Source: Candidatus Hydrogenedentota bacterium
GTDB taxonomy: Bacteria > Hydrogenedentota > Hydrogenedentia > Hydrogenedentales > SLHB01
Assembly: GCA_045863335.1 (NCBI GenBank)
Contig: BTVY01000036.1
Location: forward strand, 1 to 64,000
DNA length: 64,000 bases
Reading direction: 5' to 3'
In this document: piece by piece, positions 1 to 9,047 of the stretch
Position numbering within the stretch: the stretch's first letter is position 1
Layout of the letters: every line of letters begins with the position of its first letter
The notes under the pieces: generated by a model
Databases searched by the model: none
What the model was told of the DNA's origin: nothing
What the model saw: the letters and a program-made list of their open reading frames with translations, nothing else
Made by a program: the position numbers and the translations under genes

Positions 1-125
1 CAGACTTCTGCCTTCAGACTTCTGCCTTCAGACTTCTGCCTTCAGACTTCTGCCTTCAGACTTCTGCCTCGGACTTCTAGAAACTGAAATCTGAGTTCTG
101 AGATCTCAAATTTGAGATTTGAAAT
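1..125. repeat. Heptamer-based tandem repeat (CAGACTT-CTGCCTT) about x5, followed by degenerate heptamers
   Basis: The 14-bp unit cagacttctgcctt repeats over 1-70, then ctgaaat/ctgagtt/ctgagat/ttgagat/ttgaaat units. The array runs off the window start. Confidence 0.9.
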
Positions 126-478
126 TCCCACTCGAGCAGTCTCGACGTCAATTCGACCCAGGCCGAAGCCACCAATAGATTGTGAAGCCAGCGCAAAAGT
201 TTACCGTACAGTCATTATCGGCCATCGTTCCAGATCGGGGAAAACCGATCGGCAGACGCGACCTGCTCGAGTCATGAGAAGTGTTGTCGCCGGACCCCGC
301 ATCCTCGCAGCCCGTGGCGAGAATCGTGTAGCGTTCGGTTTTGATGCCGGGCGGAACGCAAAAGCCGCAGATTCGCGTACGAAACACGCGCATCCGGCCG
401 TACGTGGGGCCGCCAACGAGCCATTTGCGCGTACTTCTGCCACGGCTATTGCACTTTCTATTAGCCCCACAAACGTCC

Positions 479-2047
479 TCAGAACGCAAGCAGCGCGTCC
501 ACGGCCAGGTAGGTTGCGTTGTCGCTGTCGGAACCGCCGTTGAACGCCAGACCGTTGTTGTAGACAAAGCTGCCGTCGCCGACGCCATCGTCCGCGAAGA
601 GATACTCGGCGACAAGGCGAAATTCCAGTTCTTCGGAATACCGGTAACGAAGATCCAGGCTGGTTATGGTCCCGACATCGTCGTCGGCTCGCTCGGTCAT
701 AAAGGGCAATGCAGGGGCCAGAGGGATCCGAAAGCCTCCCGAGGTCAAACTCCGAGGCATATCAAACGGCTCGTTCACCCAGAACCGCATCGCCGTCGCC
801 GTCAACGAAACGGGTTCGAACGGCTGCAAATCGACTCCCACTCGCAACTGCCTGAAATTTGAGGCGTCTCGATCCTGGCCAAACAATTCGCCGTACTTGG
901 TCGAACTGAACAACCGGTTGAATGAGACGCTTGCGTCCGGACGGTCGAAGGGATTAAGCCAATCGGCGGAATTCAAATCGCGTTCATCATCGCCCCCCAA
1001 ATAGGCGCCACCCACAAACACCCGTGGTTGCCATGCTGCGTCGAAGGTGAAGCCTATTTCAGCATCCCATGCCCAGGAATCGAACCGCGCGGCCGTGTCG
1101 CCGTACCCGAAAGGCGCGAACAGGTGGCCCACGCTATCCGCATTGCCTGTTTGATACGCCACCTCCGCGTGGTGGTCCCACGAACTCCATGCGCCTTGAA
1201 TGCGGACGCCGAACGTGTGCATTTCCGTCGGGTCGTAGTCGTCCACCCTTACCCAATCTTCGAGACGTTCCAGCGGCGCGACAAAATTGGTGTCGCTAAT
1301 CGATCGCCCGTCGCGCATGAAGAGCCAGTACGCGAGAATTTCATGATGACGAAGTCCGCGGTACGTCGCGTTCAGACCGTAGAAATCGACGTCGCCGTCC
1401 TGCTCCGCCGCGCCGCCTTCCGCAAGTTTGGTCCACCACCCATCAATCGTGACCGGTCCTGCGTCGTACGACAGCCTCAGGCCATCAAAGGCAAATTCAT
1501 CGGTGCTATGGCTGTTCCCGACGAGCCACCCATCCCCGAGCTCGATCTGCTGCCGTCCCGCGCGTAGCCGCAGCGGCGCTCCAAAAAGCGCGTCGACCTC
1601 CACGTAACTCTGCAAAAACTCTATGTCGCTGGATGTATCTGAACGGGAATCCATCCCCGTCAGATAGTCAGCGCGATGGTCGGAACCCCATGTATCCAGG
1701 CTGAACAGATCCACTTGCGCGGCGACGTGACTGGTAAAGTCCGCCCGAAACCTGAGCCACGTATGTTGCTCGAATCGCGTCAAATCGTTGCCCTGGTCAT
1801 CCCAGGCGAGTTCGCTGGCTGTTCCCGTAGAACCGATTGGCCTTCCCGGAAGAAAGAATTCGGGAATGCGCACCTCCGGGTCGCCATCGACAAACATGTT
1901 CGACCAATACCGTGCCCGAATCCGGAGTTGTCCGCCCACATCGACGTTCTGAAGATCTGCGACAGCCGTGCTAGCAAATACGAGCGAAATGCCAGCCAAA
2001 CGAGCAAACCGCCTAAACTGGAGTTTCCTATTGTGTCTAACGTGCAC
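479..2047 (-). CDS. Alginate-export (AlgE)-family outer-membrane beta-barrel protein
   Basis: 522 aa with a signal peptide, an 'LRLRAGRQQIELGDGWLVG..FDGLRL' motif, alternating beta strands and a C-terminal Phe. Confidence 0.75.
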   Translation of the reverse strand: MHVRHNRKLQFRRFARLAGISLVFASTAVADLQNVDVGGQLRIRARYWSNMFVDGDPEVRIPEFFLPGRPIGSTGTASELAWDDQGNDLTRFEQHTWLRFRADFTSHVAAQVDLFSLDTWGSDHRADYLTGMDSRSDTSSDIEFLQSYVEVDALFGAPLRLRAGRQQIELGDGWLVGNSHSTDEFAFDGLRLSYDAGPVTIDGWWTKLAEGGAAEQDGDVDFYGLNATYRGLRHHEILAYWLFMRDGRSISDTNFVAPLERLEDWVRVDDYDPTEMHTFGVRIQGAWSSWDHHAEVAYQTGNADSVGHLFAPFGYGDTAARFDSWAWDAEIGFTFDAAWQPRVFVGGAYLGGDDERDLNSADWLNPFDRPDASVSFNRLFSSTKYGELFGQDRDASNFRQLRVGVDLQPFEPVSLTATAMRFWVNEPFDMPRSLTSGGFRIPLAPALPFMTERADDDVGTITSLDLRYRYSEELEFRLVAEYLFADDGVGDGSFVYNNGLAFNGGSDSDNATYLAVDALLAF

Positions 2048-2085
2048 AAGTCACCTGAATGAAAGCTGTTGTACCAAAAGGAATC

Positions 2086-2107
2086 CTTACACTAACCTAA
2101 CAATGTT
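2086..2107. promoter_or_regulatory. Putative Pho box (11-bp direct repeat CTTACA/CTAACA) between the porin gene and phoB
   Basis: cttacactaac-ctaacaatgtt has an 11-bp period. A matching motif lies upstream of pstS. Confidence 0.55.
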
Positions 2108-2159
2108 AGCGTACACTCGGTCCCAATGTCTCGTGTGGGGTTTTGCCGAGGAGCGTACC

Positions 2160-2846
2160 ATGCCGCGTGAAAGCATTCTGGTCGTCGATGACGAAGAGGA
2201 CATCCTCGAACTCGTAAATTACAATCTGGCCAAGGCCGGATACAAGGTCCATTGCGTTGCGACTGGGGGAGAGGCGGTAAAATCCGCCCGGGAGCTGATA
2301 CCTGACCTCGTCGTGCTTGATCTGATGTTACCCGGGCTGGACGGGCTCGAGGTTTGTACGCTGCTCAAGAACGACCCCAAGACGAGCGAGGCGGCCATTA
2401 TCATGCTTACGGCCCGTGGGGAAGAGGCCGACGTCGTGCGGGGTCTCGAACTCGGCGCCGATGACTATATTACCAAGCCCTTCAGTCCCCGCATTCTGCT
2501 CGCCCGAATCAAAGCCGTGCTCCGCCGCCGGGAAACAGAGGCCCTCGAAAAGTCGTCGGTCCTTCGCGTACACGATCTTGTGATCCATCCCGGCCGGCAC
2601 GAACTGCTTGTCCAGGGGCAGCCAATCGATTTAACCTATACCGAGTTTCGTGTGTTGTACTGCCTCGCGCGGCGGCCGGGTTGGGTATTCACCCGCTCGC
2701 AAATCGTCGATTCGGTCCGCGGAGCCGGATACGCCGTTACCGACCGCGCGGTGGACGTGCAAATCGTGGGCCTTCGCAAGAAGCTGGGGGAACGCGGCAA
2801 CTACATTGAAACCGTGCGCGGCGTCGGATACCGACTGAAGGAGTAA
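2160..2846 (+). CDS. phoB: Phosphate regulon response regulator (OmpR/PhoB family)
   Basis: REC domain (ILVVDDE, LDLMLP, KPF) plus winged helix (IETVRGVGY). RBS GAGGAG precedes ATG 2160, and the gene is adjacent to phoR/pst. Confidence 0.92.
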   Translation: MPRESILVVDDEEDILELVNYNLAKAGYKVHCVATGGEAVKSARELIPDLVVLDLMLPGLDGLEVCTLLKNDPKTSEAAIIMLTARGEEADVVRGLELGADDYITKPFSPRILLARIKAVLRRRETEALEKSSVLRVHDLVIHPGRHELLVQGQPIDLTYTEFRVLYCLARRPGWVFTRSQIVDSVRGAGYAVTDRAVDVQIVGLRKKLGERGNYIETVRGVGYRLKE

Positions 2847-4661
2847 GTGCCGTTGCCCAGAAAGCGGCTCATCTGGCAGATCTTCCCGCTCTTCGTCTTC
2901 GTTGCCGCCGGCTCACTGGTGCTCGCCGCCTTCTACGCGACCCAAACCATGGGGCAAATTTACCAGTCTCAGCGACGGGCGGACCTCGAAGCCCGAGCGA
3001 AACTCATCGCACCTGTCATCAGCGACGCGCTGCACACGGAATCGACGGAGGATCTCAACGAACTCTGCGCCCGGCTCGGCGCGGCTGCCTCCGCGCGAGT
3101 GACGGTAATTCTGCCCTCCGGTACGGTCCTGGCCGATTCCGCCCAGGACAGCGAAACGATGGACAACCACGCCGACCGTCCCGAAGTCGTCGAAGCCCTG
3201 TCCGGCCAGAGTGGCAATTCAACGCGTTACAGCTATACCCTTCGGGCGGACCTCACGTACGTGGCGCTTCCCATTTATCAAAAGGAAGCAATCGCCGGGG
3301 TCGTCCGTATCGCAGTACCCGAACCTAACATTCGCTCGGCCATCCGGTCGACGTACGTCGAAGTGGCCACGGGAATCGCGCTCGTCGGTCTGGTAGTTGC
3401 GGCACTGAGTCTCATCGCGACCCGCTCCGTGACGCGTCCCGTGGACCGCTTGCGCCATGGCGCGGAACGCTTCGCCAGTGGCGATCTGGCCACGCGGCTT
3501 GTAGTACCGAATACGGTTGAACTCGGTCTCCTCGCCAACACCATGAACACCATGGCCGTTCAATTGGAGGATCGCATCCACACGGTCGAACGCCACCGAA
3601 ACGAACTCCAGGCGGTGCTCTCGAGCATGGTGGAGGGCGTAATCGCCTTCGATTCCGATGAGCGTGTCATCAGCCTGAATCAAGCCGCGGCGGACATCTT
3701 CAACGTCCCCCAGGAGCAGGCCGTGGGTCGAGTTATTCACGAGGTCTTTCGCAACGTCGACCTTCAGAGATTCGTCGCCTCCATCCCGGCAACCGGCGAC
3801 TCCCAGATTGGGAGCATCGTGTTGAAACACCGCACCGAAGAGCACCTGCAACTCCAGGGCGCAGCCCTCCACGACGCCCAAGGAAAACGCATTGGCGGCC
3901 TCGTCGTGCTGCACGATATTACCCGGCTTCACAAGCTCGAAACGGCGCGACGGGACTTCGTATCCAACGTATCCCACGAGTTGAAGACCCCCATCACCGC
4001 AATCAAAGGTTATGTCGAAACGTTGCTGGACGGCGCCCTGGACGACCCGGAGGCGTCCCGGAAGTTCCTGGGGATCATCGGGAAACAGGCTGAACGTTTG
4101 ACCGCGCTCATTGAAGATCTTCTGCGTCTAAGCCGGCTCGAACAAGACGCAGAACAAGCGCGATTACCGTTGGAGTTCGGCCCCATTAGGGATGTCATCG
4201 AACGCGCCGTGCAAGCCTGCGACCCCACGATCGCTGCAAAGCGAATGAACGTACGGGTTGCGTGCGATCCCGGTATCCTTACCCGCATCAACGCGCCGCT
4301 CCTGCAACTGGCCATCGAAAACCTCCTAGAGAACGCAACCAAATACAGCGAAGAAGGTACGGATATCCGCATTGAAGTGAACCGTGAACCCCAAAATGTT
4401 TTGATCGCGATCACCGACCAGGGTTGCGGCATCGAGCAGGAACACCTCACGCGAATCTTCGAACGGTTCTATCGCGTCGATAAGGCACGCAGCAGAAAGC
4501 TGGGCGGCACCGGGCTTGGTCTCGCCATCGTAAAACACATCGTACGCGTCCACGGCGGTCAGGTTTCGGTCGATAGCACCCCCAACAAGGGGAGCACCTT
4601 CCGCATCAGCCTTCCTGCCGGCACAGTGGCTGAAACTTCTGCCAATCCCGGCTCGAACTAA
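2847..4661 (+). CDS. phoR: Sensor histidine kinase (TM-HAMP-PAS-HisKA-HATPase)
   Basis: FVSNVSHELKTP H-box and ERFYRVDKARSR..GGTGLGL. It abuts phoB. Confidence 0.9.
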   Translation: MPLPRKRLIWQIFPLFVFVAAGSLVLAAFYATQTMGQIYQSQRRADLEARAKLIAPVISDALHTESTEDLNELCARLGAAASARVTVILPSGTVLADSAQDSETMDNHADRPEVVEALSGQSGNSTRYSYTLRADLTYVALPIYQKEAIAGVVRIAVPEPNIRSAIRSTYVEVATGIALVGLVVAALSLIATRSVTRPVDRLRHGAERFASGDLATRLVVPNTVELGLLANTMNTMAVQLEDRIHTVERHRNELQAVLSSMVEGVIAFDSDERVISLNQAAADIFNVPQEQAVGRVIHEVFRNVDLQRFVASIPATGDSQIGSIVLKHRTEEHLQLQGAALHDAQGKRIGGLVVLHDITRLHKLETARRDFVSNVSHELKTPITAIKGYVETLLDGALDDPEASRKFLGIIGKQAERLTALIEDLLRLSRLEQDAEQARLPLEFGPIRDVIERAVQACDPTIAAKRMNVRVACDPGILTRINAPLLQLAIENLLENATKYSEEGTDIRIEVNREPQNVLIAITDQGCGIEQEHLTRIFERFYRVDKARSRKLGGTGLGLAIVKHIVRVHGGQVSVDSTPNKGSTFRISLPAGTVAETSANPGSN

Positions 4662-4678
4662 TCCACTCTTCTCCACAT

Positions 4679-4711
4679 CCTAACGTTCCCCTAACATCGA
4701 TCTCATATGAT
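4679..4711 (+). promoter_or_regulatory. Putative Pho box upstream of pstS
   Basis: cctaacgttcc-cctaacatcga-tctcatatgat has an 11-bp period and the CTAAC core shared with 2086-2107. Confidence 0.6.
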
Positions 4712-4758
4712 CCACAAGCCAAGTACGGCCACCATCTGAACCCAGCGGAAGGACCAAA

Positions 4759-5637
4759 ATGAACGCGAGAGAAATGTGTAAGCCGCTTCTATTCCTCGTC
4801 CTGGGGACATTCACCGCACTAACCATGAGTTGCGGTTCATCTCCTGGAGGCGTTTCCGAATCGGACCAGAGCATCATGATCAAAGGCTCCGATACGATGC
4901 TGCACCTGGTAACGGCTTGGGCAGACGCTTACATGAGTCAACACCCGGAGGTCTCGATTTCCGTTACCGGCGGCGGGTCGGGCACCGGCATCGCCGCCTT
5001 GCTCAATGGCACGACCGACCTCTGCGCGTCATCCCGTGAAGTGAAGGAGGAAGAAATTAAACTGGCCCAGCAAAAGGGACTCAATCTGAACGTTGTCCCC
5101 GTCGCCCGCGACGCCATTACGGTCATCGTCAATCCCCAGAATCCGGTAAGCGAACTGACCGTCGAACAACTGAAGAAAATCTACACCGGCGCCTACAAGA
5201 CTTGGGACCAGGTCGGAGGTCCCGCGGAACCCATTGTCGTTCTTTCCCGCGAATCCAGTTCGGGAACCTACGTCTTTTTCCTCGAACACGTACTGAACAA
5301 AGAGGACTACACCAAGGACTCGTTGTTGCTTCCTGCAACGTCCGCCATGATCCAGAGTGTGACGGACTCCCCCAACGCTATCGGATATGTCGGCCTGGGT
5401 TACGCCGAAGAAGCGGCGGACAAAGTGAAAATGTTATCCGTGAAACGAGATTCGTCGTCACCTGCTGTGGCCCCTTCCACCGAAACGGTACTGTCCGGCG
5501 AGTACTCCCTCGCGCGCCCTCTTAACCTCGCCTCCAGTGGCGATTCCACCGGGGCGGTCAAGACATTCATCGACTTCTGCCTGGGTCCCGAAGGGCAGGC
5601 CCTCGTGGCCGAAACCGGTTACGTAAGCGTGCAGTAA
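4759..5637 (+). CDS. pstS: Phosphate ABC transporter substrate-binding lipoprotein
   Basis: Lipobox-like TMSC, KGSDT, GGGSGTG and RESSSGT motifs. Confidence 0.93.
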   Translation: MNAREMCKPLLFLVLGTFTALTMSCGSSPGGVSESDQSIMIKGSDTMLHLVTAWADAYMSQHPEVSISVTGGGSGTGIAALLNGTTDLCASSREVKEEEIKLAQQKGLNLNVVPVARDAITVIVNPQNPVSELTVEQLKKIYTGAYKTWDQVGGPAEPIVVLSRESSSGTYVFFLEHVLNKEDYTKDSLLLPATSAMIQSVTDSPNAIGYVGLGYAEEAADKVKMLSVKRDSSSPAVAPSTETVLSGEYSLARPLNLASSGDSTGAVKTFIDFCLGPEGQALVAETGYVSVQ

Positions 5638-6512
5638 TGCAAATGCGAGAGCTGAAAGAGCGCATCATTGGCCGCGTGCTGTTGATGTGCGCTTCCACGA
5701 GCATCTTGATCGTGGCGCTCATATTCCTATTCCTCTTTCGCGAGGCCTCGTCGCTTGTCCGCGAACCGGGGCTATCCGTACTGCTGAGCACAGAGTGGAT
5801 TCCCACCTCCTTTCAGAAGGTCTCTTTCGGATTGGTCCCGCTTATCACCGGGTCCCTTCTGGTAACCGTGCTGGCAACGGTCATCGCCATACCGTTCGGC
5901 GTATTCGGCGCCATCTACATCGCTGAGATGGCCGGCCCAAAGGAGCGCGAGATTCTCAAACCCTTCATTGAACTCGTGGCTGGAATCCCATCCGTGGTGC
6001 TCGGCTTCTTCGGACTCGTCGTGGTCGCTCCGCTCATCAAATCGATCTTCCATTTGAATACGGGACTCACCGCCCTGACCGGCGCATTGCTCCTGGCCCT
6101 GATGGCGATTCCCACGATAATCACCATTTCCGAAGACGCGATCCGAAGCGTTCCGCGCACGTACAAGGAGGCATCCCTGGCCCTGGGCGCAAATCGCGTA
6201 CAGACGATCTTCAAAGTCGTGGTACCTGCCGCGCTTTCCGGAATCATTGCCAGCATCATGCTGGGCATGGGCAGGGTCATCGGCGAAACTATGGCCGTGA
6301 TCATGGTGACCGGTAATGCCGCGAAGATCACGTTTTCGCCAGTAGAACCGGTCAGAACCATGACTGCGACCATCGCCGCCGAAATGGGCGAAGTCGTTTT
6401 TGGAAGCCCCCACTACGCGGCCTTGTTTTGGGTCGGCATCGTGCTCCTCATTACCACCTTTGCCCTCAACCTCGTGGCCATGCGCGTCCTGAAGAAGTAC
6501 CAGAGGGCCTGA
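5637..6512 (+). CDS. pstC: Phosphate ABC transporter permease
   Basis: [16 protein letters not shown] and RVIGETMAV motifs, in operon order. Confidence 0.93.
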   Translation: MQMRELKERIIGRVLLMCASTSILIVALIFLFLFREASSLVREPGLSVLLSTEWIPTSFQKVSFGLVPLITGSLLVTVLATVIAIPFGVFGAIYIAEMAGPKEREILKPFIELVAGIPSVVLGFFGLVVVAPLIKSIFHLNTGLTALTGALLLALMAIPTIITISEDAIRSVPRTYKEASLALGANRVQTIFKVVVPAALSGIIASIMLGMGRVIGETMAVIMVTGNAAKITFSPVEPVRTMTATIAAEMGEVVFGSPHYAALFWVGIVLLITTFALNLVAMRVLKKYQRA

Positions 6513-7360
6513 TGATAACCACGGCTTCAGAGCGACTCGTCATCTGGCTCGTGCGGGGCATTACCTATGTGGTCGTGCTTGTCGTGGGCTACATACTTCT
6601 CGACATCGTCGTGAAAGGCGTTGGCGTCGTCAATTGGACCTTCCTCACCACGGCTCCAAAAGTTGATGGAAGCGGGGGGGTATTCCCGGCCATCGTGGGC
6701 ACCTTGTACCTCGTGACCGGCACGATTGCAGTCGCACTGCCCCTGGGAATGGCCAGCGCCATCTATCTGACGGAGTACGCAACGCAAGGCCGGTTCACGA
6801 GGCTGGTCCGGTTGGCTATCGTCACCCTCGCAGGCGTGCCGTCCATCGTGTTCGGACTCTTCGGGCTGGGACTTTTTGTCCTCTTCATGAACTTCGGTAC
6901 CAGCATTGCCGCCGGAAGCCTGACCCTGGCTTGCATGATTCTGCCTACCATCATCGTATCGAGCGAAGAAGCGCTGCGGGCTGTCCCGCAGGCATTACGC
7001 GAGGCCAGTCTCGCACTGGGAGCGACCAAATGGGAAACCATCCGCAAGAACGTTCTGCCCTACGCGATACCGGGGATGCTTACCGGGAGTATACTTGGGA
7101 TCGGCAGAGCGGCAGGGGAGACCGCACCGATTCTGTTGACGGTCGCGGCCTTCTTTTTACCCAACCTGCCGGATTCGATCTTCGATCAGGTGATGGCGCT
7201 TCCGTATCATCTGTACGTGTTGGCGACCCAATATCCCAACCCGGATGCAGTCCGGCCGACGCAGTACGGGACCGCGCTGGTGCTGCTCCTGCTGGTGCTG
7301 GGACTGAACATCGGAGCGATCGTGTTGCGGGTTCATTTCAGAAAGCGGTATCGATGGTAA
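6512..7360 (+). CDS. pstA: Phosphate ABC transporter permease
   Basis: [13 protein letters not shown] and RAAGETAP. The start ATG overlaps the pstC stop (TGATG). Confidence 0.92.
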   Translation: MITTASERLVIWLVRGITYVVVLVVGYILLDIVVKGVGVVNWTFLTTAPKVDGSGGVFPAIVGTLYLVTGTIAVALPLGMASAIYLTEYATQGRFTRLVRLAIVTLAGVPSIVFGLFGLGLFVLFMNFGTSIAAGSLTLACMILPTIIVSSEEALRAVPQALREASLALGATKWETIRKNVLPYAIPGMLTGSILGIGRAAGETAPILLTVAAFFLPNLPDSIFDQVMALPYHLYVLATQYPNPDAVRPTQYGTALVLLLLVLGLNIGAIVLRVHFRKRYRW

Positions 7361-8148
7361 GCGAATCAACTGCCGGAGCGGACGCGAGGGCGTTCAAGCC
7401 CAAGGTCAGTGTGAACAACCTCAATTTCTTCTACGGACAGACCCAAGCCCTGTTCGACATCACCATGGAGATCCCCGACCGCCAGGTCACCGCGCTCATT
7501 GGTCCCTCGGGATGCGGGAAGTCGACGTTCCTCCGGACCTTGAACCGTATGAACGAAATCATGGGGCAGACCCGCCTGGAAGGAAAAATCACCATTGACG
7601 GCCGCGACATTTACCGCAACGGCACCGACGTGGTCGCTTTGCGCAAGCACGTCGGCATGGTGTTCCAAAAATCGAATCCCTTCCCCAAGTCCATCTTCGA
7701 GAATATCGCCTACGGTCCCCGCATCCATGGTATCAAAGACCGGGCCGCGCTGGCCCGTGTCGTTGAGCAAAGTCTGGAGCGCGCCGGACTCTGGGAGGAA
7801 GTCAAAGATCGCCTGACACACAGCGCGCTCGACTTGTCCGGCGGACAGCAACAGCGGCTTTGTATCGCCCGGGCTCTTGCCGTTGGCCCCGAGATTCTCC
7901 TCATGGATGAACCCGCCTCGGCCCTCGATCCCAAGGCGACCGCCCGTATCGAAGACCTCATCGGCGAGTTGCGCGAGGACTACACGATTGTTATCGTGAC
8001 TCACAATATGCAACAGGCGGCGCGGGTCTCCGACTATACCGCGTTCTTTTACGAGGGCCGACTTGTGGAGTTTGGCGAAACGCAGGTCATGTTCACCAAA
8101 CCCACCCAGCAAAAAACCGAAGAATACATCACCGGCCGATTCGGCTGA
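7354..8148 (+). CDS. pstB: Phosphate ABC transporter ATP-binding protein
   Basis: [17 protein letters not shown] and C-terminal YITGRFG. ATG 7354 overlaps the pstA end. Confidence 0.95.
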   Translation: MVSESTAGADARAFKPKVSVNNLNFFYGQTQALFDITMEIPDRQVTALIGPSGCGKSTFLRTLNRMNEIMGQTRLEGKITIDGRDIYRNGTDVVALRKHVGMVFQKSNPFPKSIFENIAYGPRIHGIKDRAALARVVEQSLERAGLWEEVKDRLTHSALDLSGGQQQRLCIARALAVGPEILLMDEPASALDPKATARIEDLIGELREDYTIVIVTHNMQQAARVSDYTAFFYEGRLVEFGETQVMFTKPTQQKTEEYITGRFG

Positions 8149-8164
8149 CGAACGAGAGTCCACC

Positions 8165-8848
8165 TTGTCCAGTCATCTGCAACGTGAAACGGATCGCCTC
8201 AAAAAAAACATCCTGTCCCTGTGCGCCATGGTCGAAGACAGCGTGGCCAACGCCGTCCGGTCCCTCCGCGACCGAAATCCCACCCTCGCGCGCCAGGTGA
8301 TCGATTTCGACATCCAGATTGACGAGCTCGAAGTCGATATCGAGGAGGAATGCCAAAAGATCCTGGCCCTGCACCAGCCCGTCGCCCACGATCTCCGGTA
8401 TATCATCGCGGTATTGAAGATTAACGCCGAACTCGAGCGCATCGGCGACGCCAGCGTCAACATTGCCGAACGTGCGCTGGTACTCAGCGAGATCGAACGC
8501 GTCGATATTCCCTTTGATTTCACGGGCATGGCCGAAAAAGCCCGCTCCATGCTGAAACGCAGCATTGACGCCCTCGTGACTCAAGATACCAAACTCGCAT
8601 ACGCAGTCATCGCCTCTGACGACGAGGTCGACGCCATCAATCGCGAAATGTACGAACAGGTAAAAGGGGGCATCCGAAAACAGCCCGAACATATGGAAGC
8701 CCTGATTCACCTGCTGAGCGTATCGCGACACCTCGAACGCATTGGCGACCATGCCTCCAACATCGCGGAAGATGTCATCTATCTCACCAAAGGGGATATT
8801 GTCCGCCACAAAACGGAAGAGTATTTCTCGAAGGTGGAATATCAGTGA
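8165..8848 (+). CDS. phoU: Phosphate signalling protein PhoU
   Basis: Two PhoU repeats (ELERIGD, HLERIGDHASNIAE). TTG start inferred. Confidence 0.92.
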   Translation: MSSHLQRETDRLKKNILSLCAMVEDSVANAVRSLRDRNPTLARQVIDFDIQIDELEVDIEEECQKILALHQPVAHDLRYIIAVLKINAELERIGDASVNIAERALVLSEIERVDIPFDFTGMAEKARSMLKRSIDALVTQDTKLAYAVIASDDEVDAINREMYEQVKGGIRKQPEHMEALIHLLSVSRHLERIGDHASNIAEDVIYLTKGDIVRHKTEEYFSKVEYQ

Positions 8849-9047
8849 CGGCATTAGCTCGGACGTGCTTTCCTTTCGGACACCAGTCCGACTCCGCGTC
8901 ACGGCGAGGTCCGCACACTCCAATATGGAGTTGATTCACGCGGCAATCGAGTGTTACGATTCCTGCGGTGACGGCTGGTTCCAGGACCGGTCAATTCACC
9001 AATATGGGAACGGGGCCCCCCTCCATTAACGTAAACGAACGATTCAC

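Noticed and set aside
1-125. Tandem repeats here and at 62984-63240 as CRISPR arrays
   Set aside because: The units are contiguous with no unique spacers, and there are no cas genes in the window.
112-478. Short ORFs at the window start
   Set aside because: No recognisable motifs, and several overlapping frames of similar weak quality.
9020-9047. Possible third Pho box before the Na/Pi symporter (attaacgtaaacgaacg)
   Set aside because: The match to the 11-bp-period motif is too weak to call.
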